From positions 422,833-486,832 of the forward strand of contig NW_003314281.1 of assembly GCF_000143415.4 (NCBI RefSeq): a stretch of DNA of 64,000 bases. Direction: 5' to 3'. How positions within the stretch are numbered: the stretch's first letter is position 1; every line of letters begins with the position of its first letter. Under the pieces are notes generated by a model. That model saw only the letters and a program-made list of their open reading frames with translations. It was not told the DNA's origin and did not search any database. Origin of the DNA: Selaginella moellendorffii (Eukaryota > Plantae > Lycopodiophyta). The position numbers and the translations under genes are program-made. Positions 29,955-41,900 of this stretch are shown piece by piece.

Positions 29955-32870
29955 ATGGAAGCTCGAGTGCGAGGACATGGCTTGATGATCCGGTCAAAGG
30001 ATCACGAACCATGGCCGACCACGAGGAGACCCAGGAGCGAGGCAATGTTGATCCTCTCGTGGGGACAAATCCTCGCGCTCCTCCTCCTCTTTGTGCGCAC
30101 GGCCATCGTCGGCCTCGCCAATTCCAGCTGCTCCGGATCGCCGCTCTCCGCCCAGGACTGTGCCGCCCTCTCCTCGCTCTCGCTCCACGGCCACATCACC
30201 TTCGCCACCGCCACCTCGCCCGCCTCCTCCTCCGACTTTGGGCGCATCCATCGCCGCCTCCCCCACGCCATCCTCTACCCCTCCTCCGTCCGCGACATCG
30301 CATCGCTTGTCCGTGCTGTCCACGACACGAGCTCGCCTCTGCGCATCGCGGCCAGAGGAGCCGGGCACTCCGTGGCTGGACAGGCCCAGGCCGGCGATGG
30401 CGTCGTGATCGAGATGGGGAGCTTGCGCGGGATCAAGGTGTCCGAAGGAAAGCCCGGGGAGCAGCCGTATGTGGAGGCCATGGGAGGAGAGCTCTGGATC
30501 GACGTTGTGAGGGAGAGCTTGAAGTATGGATTGGCGCCGCGATCGCTCACGGACTATCTCTTTCTCAGCGTTGGGGGGACGCTCTCCAACGCGGGGGTGA
30601 GCGGCCAGGCCTTTCGATACGGCCCCCAGATCAGCAATGTCCTGGAATTGGAAGTAGTGACAGGTACTCGCATTTTGCAAACTTTTTCTCTCCCTCCATC
30701 GCTCCTCTGTTTGGATAATCGGTTTCTTGAGCTCAATTTCGCGATTCCTGGACGTGGGTCGATGTCAATTTTGCCATGGATTCTCGGATTCTCTCTGCGA
30801 ATCTAGGCCAGAAGTATAGCAATGATTGATTGATTGATTTGATTGCCAAGAAGTGAGGAGATCCTTTTCTCTTTTTCCTCTCTCTCTCTCTCCCTCTCTT
30901 CTCTCTCCTCTCCCTACTGGATTGTCGATGCTTGGCTTGCTTGCTTGCTTGCTCTCTGTCTCTCTCTCTTGCGCGCTGCTCCAAATTCCAATCATTTGAT
31001 TCATCCCTCTTGATTTGAATCCCCTGTTTCGTGCCAAGCAAAACAGAGCACTTGCATCACATATCGTTTGATTGTTTCTTTCCTTCCTTTGTTTAATCGC
31101 TTCTTGCGAAGCTTCCTGTTCGCTTGTCTGAATGGAGTGGAGTGGATCACTTTGATTCTGTCTGTTAGGTGGTGTGTTCTAATCTATCCCAAGAAATCTC
31201 TTAACGGTTTTGCGCGTTCCAGGGAATGGTGAAATCGTGCGCTGCTCGCCCGTGGATCACGCGGACCTCTTCTTTGCGGTTCTGGGGGGCCTCGGCCAAT
31301 TTGGGATCATCACCAAAGCCAAGATCAATCTCGAGCGAGCTCCTCAAAAGGTGAGCACACGAAAAAGGGAAAAGAGGAGAAGCAAGATAACTCCTCCCTC
31401 CATTGCCACGATGTTCACGCTTTAGCTTTTGTTCCTTCTTCTCTCTCAGCGTCTTACACCTTACGAGCTTGGATTGGCGAGCCCCTTTTTTCTCCTCTGT
31501 TGCTCATTTTCTGGTGTTTTCTTTGGATGAATTCGTCTCGTCGTGTCGGCCACGCGTGATAATTTTTTGCTTGTCCAAATGATTGAGAGTGTGTACAGTG
31601 TTTTTGATATATAGTTTTTTTCTCGCTCTATCTCTCGCCACCATTTGTCTTGTTGTGCTCTGTTGTGCGCTGCCGTTCTTCGAATGATTTCTCTTCATTG
31701 ATCACCAATTTTTAGTTTTTCTCTTTCCATAAAACACTGACTGACTGAACTGACCCCATGAATCTCTCTGATCACCCAAAATCTGGATAACTTGAGAAAA
31801 AAAAAGGAGAGAAACTGACACTCTTAATTGTGTTTGTTTCCAGGTAAAATGGATCAGAGCACTCTACTCGGATTTCAAGGCTTTCACTCGAGATCAGGAG
31901 CTGCTAATCGCCCGCCCAAAACACAGCCCCAACTCCTTCGATTACGTCGAGGGCTCCGTGATCGTAAACAACAATCACCCCAGCAACGAATACAAGCCCA
32001 TTCCATTCCACGGACAAACCCTCAACGCGAGCCTCATACCTCCTTCCGCCGGCCCCGTTCTCTACTGCTTAGAACTCACCAAGAACTACGACGAGGACGA
32101 GTCCGCCACCATTGACGAGGTTCGTGCATGCATGCATGCATGCATGCCGACTAACCATGCTTAAGATCTGCTAAACTAACGACTTTTTTCCTCTTTGGGT
32201 AGACCGTCTCGTCGCTCCTGGCGCCGCTGGGGCATGTTCCCTCGCTCGTCTTCAGCAAAGATGCGTCGTACTTTGAGTTCCTAAACCGCGTCCACGATGG
32301 TGAGATCCGGCTGCGCAAAAAGGGGCTGTGGGATGTCCCGCACCCGTGGATGAATCTCTTGGTTCCAAAGAGCAAGATCGAGGAGTTTGATGCGTTGGTT
32401 TTCAGAGAGATTCTCCGCAAAGGCATCAATGGGCCACTCCTCGTGTACCCTCTAGACAAGATGAAGTAAGTGTGAGAGAGCAGGAGCTTTTGACTTGATC
32501 TGGCACTAAAATATTCAACTTTTTCCTGTTGTGTAGGTGGGATTCCAGGACCTCGGTCGTGATGCCCGACGAGAACATCTTCTACCTGGTTGGGATGCTG
32601 CGCTACGCCACGCCCTCGGGAGTTCCATCAGTCAGCTCTCTCGTGGATCAAAACAAGGAGATTCTCCGGGTGTGCAAGAGCGCTGGGATCCATCTCAAGC
32701 AGTACATTCCCCAGCTTTCGAGCGAGGAGGAGTGGCGAGAGCACTACGGCAGCTCCTGGAGCTTGTTCTTGCGGAGGAAATTGGCCTACGACCCAAAAGC
32801 AATCCTCGCCCCGGGGCAAAACATTTTCGCCCCATCCTCCTCCTCTCTCAAGCTCTCGAGCGCCCTGTAG
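29955..32870 (+). CDS. CKX: Cytokinin dehydrogenase/oxidase (FAD), 5 exons
   Basis: [18 protein letters not shown]; [15 protein letters not shown] (GHS FAD-binding motif); [39 protein letters not shown]; [18 protein letters not shown]; [12 protein letters not shown]; [14 protein letters not shown]. In-frame ATGs at 29955 and 30045, the latter just before a signal/TM segment. Confidence 0.96.
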
Positions 32871-33056
32871 GAGAAAGATCCCTGGGCAAGGCGAGAGTGT
32901 GTGTGTACAGTCTTGAGCGTTGGCGCGGTGGCTGTAAAGCCCGCGAGTTTGTATGCCGCCCCCTTCCCTCCAAATTTCAAAATTTTAAAAGTTTTTAAAA
33001 CAAATGCCTCGAATATCCTCACGCCCTAGGCGCTGCTTCTAGGGTTCTTCGCGGCT

Positions 33057-33901
33057 ATGGCGGCAGCGGCAGCGGCGAGCGCCATCTTGGCCGGCATTGC
33101 AGCAACTGGACACTGTGCGTGAGATCTTTGGCGGTCTGATGGGTGGATCTTTGATGTGACTGATGGATTCGGATTTGCGCTTGCCCGGATTTGTGCAGTG
33201 GACAAGGAAAGCCTGGCCATGTAAATTTCTGTGAGATTCTTTCCCAGGCTCGGTCGGAAGCATGATGGCCGGCATCTTTACAGGTTGCAGTTCCTGTACC
33301 AGAGGAATTTGGCGAGGGCTCTGCGCATACTGGACATGGAAGGCGTGAAGCGCATTACTGGCCAAAATTCCAAGCGCTCCATCTTTGTGGTAAGTACCAC
33401 GATTTCCTCTTTTCCTTTGCTTTTCTACTTCCATCTCCCGTTCATCCTCTCTTTGCTTGTCCTGGCTGCTGCTTTGTTCTCGTAGACTCTTCTTTGAATC
33501 TCAAAGATCAGCTTTTTTAAAAGGACTTTTAAAGCGGATGTGGTTGTGGTTTGGTTCTCCAGGTTCGTGGAGAGACCGACAAGAGTGATCAACACTTGTG
33601 CCTGCTCAAGCCCCACTTCTGCTCGTGTCCATCTTTCTTCTTCGATGTTGTGGTCCGCCACCAGCATCTCTGCGTACGTAAAGATGCTCCTTTTTAATAA
33701 TCTCTGGTCATAGATTGGCTGCTGAGAGTGCGTTGAATTCATTCCTCGCAGTGCAAGCACCAGCTGGCCGCAAGTCTCGCAGAGGCACTGAGAATTTGCA
33801 AGGACCAAACGGTTAGTGACCAAGAGCTGGCCATCCTGCTTTTGGAGAAAAGAAGCAAGAGGAATCGTCGTCAAGTGCACTACGCTCTGCAAGAGAAATG
33901 A
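33057..33901 (+). CDS. ZSWIM7: SWIM zinc-finger protein ZSWIM7/SWS1 (Shu complex, homologous recombination); multi-exon
   Basis: LQFLYQRNLARALRILDMEGVKRITGQNSKRSIFV|VRGE..HLCLLKPHFCSCPSFFFDVV..LC|CKHQLAA gives the CxC-xn-CxH SWIM motif across introns. Confidence 0.85.
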
Positions 33902-34023
33902 TCCTCATGGATGGATTCCTTGCTTCTTTTGCTGCAAAGCTTTTTCTCCAGGCCAGGTGAGGAGAAAGAGAAAGAAAAGAGAGAAGAAGAAGAAGAAAAA
34001 AATAAAAACAGCTAGCAACATTC

Positions 34024-35483
34024 TCACGATGCTGCTGCTGCTGCAAATTGTGCAGATAAAGAGCCCAGCTTGTCCAGCGACAGGCTCCGTGCCGTTTGAA
34101 AAAAATGTGCGACACTCTCTTCCGGGGTGCCAACCAAGACGCCGTGTCCCAGATTGAGGATGTGACCCTTGTTTCCAGCCTTTCTCACGACGCTGCAAAA
34201 ACAATACGCAAGGTGTTAGTCACTGCAAGACACAAGGAGAACTTACTCGACCACGGCTTCGGTGATCGACCATTCCGGACCGAAAAGAACGCAGGGATCC
34301 ACATTTCCCTGGACAGCCACGGAATCTCCCAGCCTCTTTCGACCATCCAGCATGTCTACTGTCCAATCCAGGCCGATGACATGAGCTCCGGTGTCACTCA
34401 TTCTTTCCAGGAGGCCCCCGTTTCCATTCGCATAGAGGACGATCGGAACTCCAGGACACTTGTCCTTGACAGTCCTGATCATCTGCGAAAAAGAAAGAGA
34501 GAAAAAAAGAAGTCTTTTGGGAAGAACTAGAAAAGAACGATTAAAAAGAAAGGTTACCTTGCAAATATACGGTTTTGACCAGCGATCCCATTGAACTGGC
34601 GTAAGTTGGCCACCCCAGGAATCAAATATTTGGACGCACTGAGCACCGGATTGTATCTGAAACACGAGGTAGTCCCCGATCGCATTTGCAAGGTGGTCGA
34701 GTATCGACTCGAGCAGCTCCGGATTCTCGTAACACATGCCTTTGATCTTCTTGTAAGTTCGAGTGGAGCGGCCCTCGATGAGATAAGTTGCCAGCGTCCA
34801 CGGCGCACCGACGAATCCAAGAACAGCAGCTCCATTCCCTACCTGCGCAGCTGCAAAGATCTCAGCCTAAAACTGCTATAAAAAAAGAAAGAAAAAAGAA
34901 AGAAAGCTTGTACCTCTCTTCGAAGAGTTCTCAACGAGTCGCCGACGAACTCGAGGCGTGAGAGATCGATGGAATGCAGCTGCGATGCTCGCTCCACCGA
35001 CACGACTGGGTCGCTGATGATCGGGCCTTTGGCGTCATCGATCTCAAACTCCACTCCAATCGCGGGGAGTGGAGTGAGGATGTCGGAGAAGATGATGACG
35101 CCGTCGGGCATGAATGCTTTCCAGGGCTGCAGCGAAATCTCGACGATAAGATCCGTCTCCTCGGATCTCTTGCGGAAGGAGGGATGCTTGTCTGCCAATT
35201 TGCGATACGCTGCCATGTATCGCCCGGCCTGACGCATCATCCACGCCGGCGGCCTCGCCACGGATTGGCCCCTGGCTGCCTGAACGAGCAGCGGCTCTGG
35301 ATCTGAGGTAAGCCACAGATTCATCCCAGATTTGCTTGCGATATCCAAGATTTTACCTGGCTGCGATGATGATTCACACCTGGCAACCACCGGCATTCTT
35401 CCCGCTGGACGCTGCCCCGCCTCTCCCCAGCATCGCGCAGTCGGCCGCGCCATGGCACAGCAGCATATCGCTCCTCCCGCCAT
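34024..35483 (-). CDS. HEME: Uroporphyrinogen III decarboxylase, plastid; multi-exon
   Basis: [96 protein letters not shown]. Confidence 0.96.
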
Positions 35484-35815
35484 GCCTCAACCATAAACCC
35501 TAACCTAATATAAACAAAAAAGTGTATTTTTTAATTAAAAAAGTATGGATAAAATATATATTATTAAGATAACTATTATAATTTATCATAATAATATATG
35601 TTTATCAATAGTTTAATATTCATTACTTTTTATGATTAATTTAATCAAAGTGGGGTAAAATGTAATGTCATTTTCAAAGTAGTTTTTATATTGCTGAAAT
35701 TTAAATACATTAAAACTTAGCATAAGGCTATATACACTATTTCATATAAAATATATGTTTTTAATATACTATTTAAGTGATAAAATAATAATTTATAACA
35801 TCTAAATTCTAATAT

Positions 35816-38227
35816 TGTAAGGTTTATAAATACATGTATTACCCTAGCTAAGTAATACACTAATTATAATACAATAGTATATGAACCATTTATTTAGATC
35901 CATCCATTCGTAGGGGTCTAATCCCCAATTAATATAATTGTTCTTATATCCCGAGCAATCATATTGATGGAGGTGAGAAGCATTATAATTTGTCCCTAAA
36001 AGGCAAAGCTTTTTCATAGTGCTTTGCTTTAGTGTTTGGGATAATGTTTTTTGTTTTTATTTTTTCATTCTCTTTTAAATTTAGATTTATATTAGCTTTT
36101 TGCAAGATCTAGAACTTTAGCTATTGTTGTTCTTAGATTTACTTTTTCTTCTGATCTTCATTGCATTCTCTTCTTCTATTATACAACACTGTCATTGATT
36201 AAGGAGTATATCACTTGAAGCTACTAATGCTGTTCTATTGGATCGAACTTTTAGTGCCTATGCCCATCTTTAGTGTGTTGCCATTTTCAACTTTCATGAG
36301 ATATGATTACACAATTTATTTTCTTCTCAGTGTTCTGCCATCTTCTGTTGATGTGGAGCGTGATCATGACATCAATTGGCAAGGTATAGATGATATAATT
36401 TAGTTTTTGGAGAATGTTCAAGGTTTGAGTTTATGGGAAGATGATATGTATAAGCTCGAGTGGATTCTAGATTGTGATGACGAGCTTGATTATTATGGAA
36501 ATAACTTTGAAGATGAAATGGAGATTTCATAAGGTAAGTGTAAATCCTTCAATCTGCCATTTAATTTTTTTTCTCTACTTTTTGCTTTTTCCCAACTTTT
36601 TTTTATTTCTCGATCTGAGCCACCTTCTTATGTTCCTAGTATTTCTTCCTCATTTACAGTGTTTTCTTCTCCTGACATGTCAATCATTTATGACTATGAT
36701 AATTTTCATTCTCAATCCAATATTAAGTTGAGTGTTTTTTGTCTTCCTCATACTAATTTGGATGTTAAATGTATGCATAAAGTTGAGAATCTTGTTTTTG
36801 TTTCATTGGCAAAGTCTTTGATTAGTTTTGATGTTAAATATTCCCTTGTTCCAAGGGTTGAGTCACTTTTGCCAGAGTTTCAAGTTGAATGTATGTCGTT
36901 ATTTATAAGTACTGCCAAAAACTTTTGCTTTATCATTGTTGCTGAAAAGTTCATATATTCCCTTGAGAGTGTGGATGTTATTGATTTTCACCTCTCTAAT
37001 GTTAGGTTGTGTGTTAAGGGAGTTAAGCAGTATGAATTTTTTACTTATATTATGGTGGCCGGAGTATTTTATAATATGAAGTCCTATTTTCCAAACTTTG
37101 AGCATATATCCTTCTTTTGATTTTCTCATTTTTACATTGTTAACTATTATAAATTCCTTTTCTAATGCTTCTTTATCCACATTTTCTTCGTTTATAATTG
37201 TTTTTCTTCAATTTTTCTCCTTTTTGCCTCGACACTTTAAACTTTTTTTCCTTCGAAGGAGGGGGTAGAGGGGATGGACGGGAGTCCAGCTTTGACGATA
37301 GAGTGAGGATGAGCAAATGCAGTAATGGAGCAAGGACAAATAATATGGATTGTAGAGTGAGGATGATTATAACAAGTCTAAACCGAACATCCAACTTTGA
37401 TGTAGTGAGGCTGAAAGGATGTGATAGTGAAATGAAGCTAAACATAAATGGTAAAGTGAGGATAAGTGTAATAATGAATTTAAATAGAACCAATATTTCA
37501 AAACTTTTTTTCTTTCAAAGAGGGGATAATAAGGATTGAAGGACAAATGGAGTGAGTTTAATTTCCTATATGCAGTGCTAGATGAGGACAATAGTTGTGA
37601 ATCTAAATAAACATGGGTTTTAAATGTTAACCGAATGGAAGGCACAATAATAAGTTCTACTTATGATCCTAAGTCCGAGTTAATTGTGGTTTTAGAGGAC
37701 TATTGCCAAACAAATTTAAAGACAGGATATATTGTTTGTTGCAATGGTGCTTTATGGATTATAGTGGCTCTCAAAATCCCTTATTTGTGTTCAAAATTAT
37801 AGTTGTATACTTGATTTAAGAATTTAAGAGCTACAAATGGAGTTACAATTAGTTCACTAGGATTCTATAGTAAGTTGATGCTTATGCCATGGCTTTAGGT
37901 TTTATTTCAATCATGGTTATCAACAATTTTGTTGGTAGTTTTGTGGGACTTTTAAATTTTTATAGTAATTTATGATTACCCAATAGAAGCTCCAAATATT
38001 CCATTTGACTTGTTATCATCACCTTTTCATTTTTTGGAGGGGAGGATGGTGTAATGTTTCTAAATATATATATTTATATACATGTATTACCCTAGCTAAG
38101 CAATATATTAATTATAGTACTATAATATATGAACTATTCATTTGGGATTGAATCTAGTTCATCCATTGTTGTATATAAGTAAGGGTCTAAACCCCAATTA
38201 ATATACTTACTCTTATATCCCACATCA
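35816..38227 (+). mobile_element. Decayed non-autonomous LTR retroelement (about 150-180 bp LTRs, no recognisable pol)
   Basis: Direct repeats catgtattaccctagctaag..ggtctaa.ccccaattaatata..tcttatatccc at about 35816-35961 and 38050-38227. PBS-like attgatggaggtgag follows the first; PPT ggaggggaggatgg precedes the second. Confidence 0.7.
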
Positions 38228-38901
38228 TGATATTTTTTTGAAAATATTAATATAATTTTTCTTAGTATATATAATGTTTGATTAATATACTATTATCTTG
38301 GGTATAAAGTAATTATTATTTATATTTTAGTTAATTTTTCCTATATAACTATGTATTTAATGTTAAAATAGTACTTTATAGAAATTAATAAGAAACTTAT
38401 TTTACTTTCTTACATACTTTAAATTTATAACTAAAATAATGCAAATGTATTTTTTAAAACAGATATGTTTTCTTAATTTTTATTTCTTTTATTGTTGACT
38501 TTAAATTTATTTCAACATGAAATATATATTATTTTTAAAAAGTAAAAAATAATTTAGGAAAACATAAAAATATAATTAAATTTTACATTCTTTCAATAGT
38601 GTTTATTATTTACAATTTCACTTTATATTAAATCCCAATCAAAATTTCTAAATTTGAAAGAAAAATGACTAAAGAAGATAAAAAAGCTATATCTTCAAAG
38701 TTACCGAAGTTACACATTGAAATACAAAGGTTAGCCATTAACTATAAAATATTGAGAAATATATTATGCATAACTTAGATAGCCATTTTCACACAAAGAA
38801 ATTTATAAAAATTACAAATTTTATTTTCTAAAAATTTATTATATTTATTTAAATTTAAAAATTAATTATTATGGTTTTAAAGAAATTTAACATAAAATAT
38901 A

Positions 38902-41616
38902 TATAAGGTTGAAGTGTAAGGCTATAGTGCACTAATATTAGCATAATGGGATTTTGATAGCTATTATATTAATTTTGATCTAGACCACTCATTTTTATAT
39001 ATAAACTAAGGTTTTTGGGCTAATTGATATACACATTTCTATATTTCATTAGTAGAAATGAAGAGCAACTTTAATTGTCCGGGATTATTTGGATTTGGGA
39101 TTTTGGTTTGAATCTAGCTCTTGCATTATCTAGATTTTAATTTTGTTGATCTTTATGGCAAAGCAATAATTTCATCTTCCTTTGACTCTAGAGTAATTGT
39201 TAGTGCAATTGTTTGATGTTATGTGATTTTAGTTGAATAATCAGACCTAATTGGTAGTAGCATTTACAATATATAGTACAACTCCTTCTGCTCTTATTAT
39301 CAATTCTCACATCTTTCCAAAATTCTTTCATAGGAATCCTAGAGATGACATATACCATTAGTTCAATCACTTATGGTAATTGCTATTATCATTCTTAACA
39401 TGATGCTTGGCGTTTATATGACTGTCCACGTGTCTTCAAGTGATAGTGTTGCAGTAATACAATGGCTTGAGTGTAGCCACTCATGTGGATTGGAGCATTC
39501 TTTTAAATGTCTTCAAATGTGTATTTGCACATATTGATAATTGTGATAATGCCTTCCAAAAATTATATTATCTTCGTCAAGGGCCATTTGAGTCAATGAT
39601 ACAATTTGGCATTTGCTTCGGGAGCCTTTTACTTCGTATAGAGACAAATATGTTAGAGTGAATCAAGTTAAAAATATTATGGTCAACACTTTGTCAAGAT
39701 TTTGTGGGACTTGTGCATGCATTTGCTCTAGCACCCTTGACAATGCTTTTTGCCTAGCACAATGTTATAAAATATCATTTTTTCCACTTTTCACTATACG
39801 TCCTTCAACTTTACTTTCTATGGGAAATGGTTTTGTTCTTATTAAGGTTGATGCTACTACTGCTCGTGTTCAAGGACAAGGGCGAGGATGTAATCATGAC
39901 CATGATGTCCCTTAGGCATGTGATAAAGTTTGCTACATATATCAATATTATCAGTGTTTTTTGAATTAGCATACTCCATTTCTTGAGTGGAGGCCTTGGC
40001 ATCAACAATAACTTGTTAATGCTCTTGCAATGAAAGGTCTTGACACAAATATTTTTCTGAGAAATGAGGAATTGCGCAAATAGTGAAGGGTCCTTGCACG
40101 ATTAAGTTAATGGCCCTTCTATCCTTTTTTCAAGAGTACTATCAAAGGGTTCACTCAGCACTAATTCATCTATTGTTTACTTTTCAAAGTTATTTTTATA
40201 GCAAAAAATCTCTTCATGTTAATTGATATAAATTTGAGTTTATCTTCTATTGCTCAGCTTATTATTCCATATTACTGTCTATAGTTGCATCATACAATAG
40301 AACTAATCTTCATTCTTTATGGCAATGGCTATATACATCCATGTGCACGAGATGAAGTGGACCTAATAATGCATGTGGGAGATCTTGAGCTTGAACTTTA
40401 ATTATTGAAAATAGTGTTAAATCAAAATTTTAACTTTATCTTTCGTATGGATTGATTGCTACAATGTGACTTTAAAGCTTCTCCCCCTTGTTTTATACTT
40501 TTTATATTTCTTTTATTCATTTCACTTCTATTCCCCTTCATCCCTTTGTTTTTACCTCTATGTCCATCATTTTTGTCTCTTTATTACTTTGTATTATATT
40601 TCTATTTTACTCATTTATTCTCTATCTCTTTAATGGTCTTTGTATCGCAATGGTGGATCAACTTAAGAAGGAGGATGTTAGTCTCTTCAACTTTGACATG
40701 TTGTTTTAAAGCCAAAATTACAACATATCATCTTATTCCAACTAGGGATGCTTGTCTAATTAAAGTTTTGTTTGGCAATGGTCACTAAAGGAGATCAAGA
40801 TTTTACATGCGAACATTAAGGAAATGTTAGAGAAGGGTGTTATCTGAAAGTCTCAGAGTCTTTAAGCATATAAACCTTATCTTATGATAAAATTTGATAG
40901 AAGTATTCATTTTTGCATTGACTATCATCCGTTAAACGAGGTGATTATCTAAATTCTGCTTTTAAATATGGGCAAGTGCTAATGGCTAAAGAAGATGTTC
41001 CAAAGATTGTTATTTATACACCATTTGGTTTATGAGTTCTTGATAATGTCATTTGATTTAAACAATGTTGTAATGATTTTCTGGTGGACACTTAGACTGT
41101 GTATAAGCGGAATAATAACAACGCTACAACTCCCATTATCATCTACTAGTGAAATACAAAGTGGATGATTTGGTGTTAGTTCATTTACCAAATCTTATAG
41201 TATTTGTCTAAGAAGCAATTATATCAAGTGTTGTAGCAAGTTAGACTGGAAGTTTATGAAGTTCAGCATGACATTCAATAGGCCATTCCTCCAAAAATTA
41301 TATATGTGCAACAATTAAAACATTTAATATAGAGGGATCAAGAACAATCAACACCATCTACAAATCCACTAATGTTTCCTCTTAATGTTCTTCTAAATCC
41401 CAATCTCACAATTAGGGAATGCTAACTACTTTTCATCCTTCCAAGAGGAAAGGATGATATGAAGTCTAAGTGTACGGCTACAATGTCATATATGAATATT
41501 AACATAGTAAGATTTTAATAACTATTGGATTTTTTTCAATCAAGACCACTCACTCTAATATATAAGCTAAAGTTTTTATGCATATTTTTGTATTTGATTT
41601 CCATATTCTATATATA
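38902..41616 (+). mobile_element. Heavily mutated, internally deleted copy of the Ty3/gypsy element at 41726-46904, in opposite orientation
   Basis: Colinear with the reverse complement of the intact element: LTR (38902-39047), PBS relic attagtagaaatgaagagca, gag, protease, start of RT. At about 41085 it jumps to the integrase tail, then PPT aagaggaaaggatga and a second LTR from about 41458. Confidence 0.85.
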
Positions 41617-41725
41617 GAATTTAAATTCCTCATTATCATTATTTTGCATTTGTGATACTCATTAAATATTAAAGACATATGAATATTTCAAATATTAAAT
41701 GTTTATCATAAATTTAATCTAAACA

Positions 41726-41900
41726 TGTGAGTGCTTGGAATATGGAAAGGGAATACAGAAATGTGCATATCAATTAACCCAAAAACCCTAGCTTATATAC
41801 AGGAGCGAGTGGTCCAGATTGAAATTAATCCGACAGCTACCAAAATCTCACTACGCTAATATTAGTATACGGCATCGTAGCCGTACACTTGGCCCTCACA
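41726..41900 (-). repeat. 3' LTR of the Ty3/gypsy element
   Basis: 175 bp; 12 differences by hand alignment from the LTR at 46730-46904, all transitions. Confidence 0.92.

Noticed and set aside
30011-30718. Long overlapping ORFs (235 aa +, 228 aa -) in CKX exon 1
   Set aside because: They are shadow frames of GC-rich coding DNA, low in complexity and without motifs.
36215-37645. Hydrophobic F/L/I-rich ORFs in the AT-rich island
   Set aside because: Compositional artefacts of hypermutated LTR-element interior.
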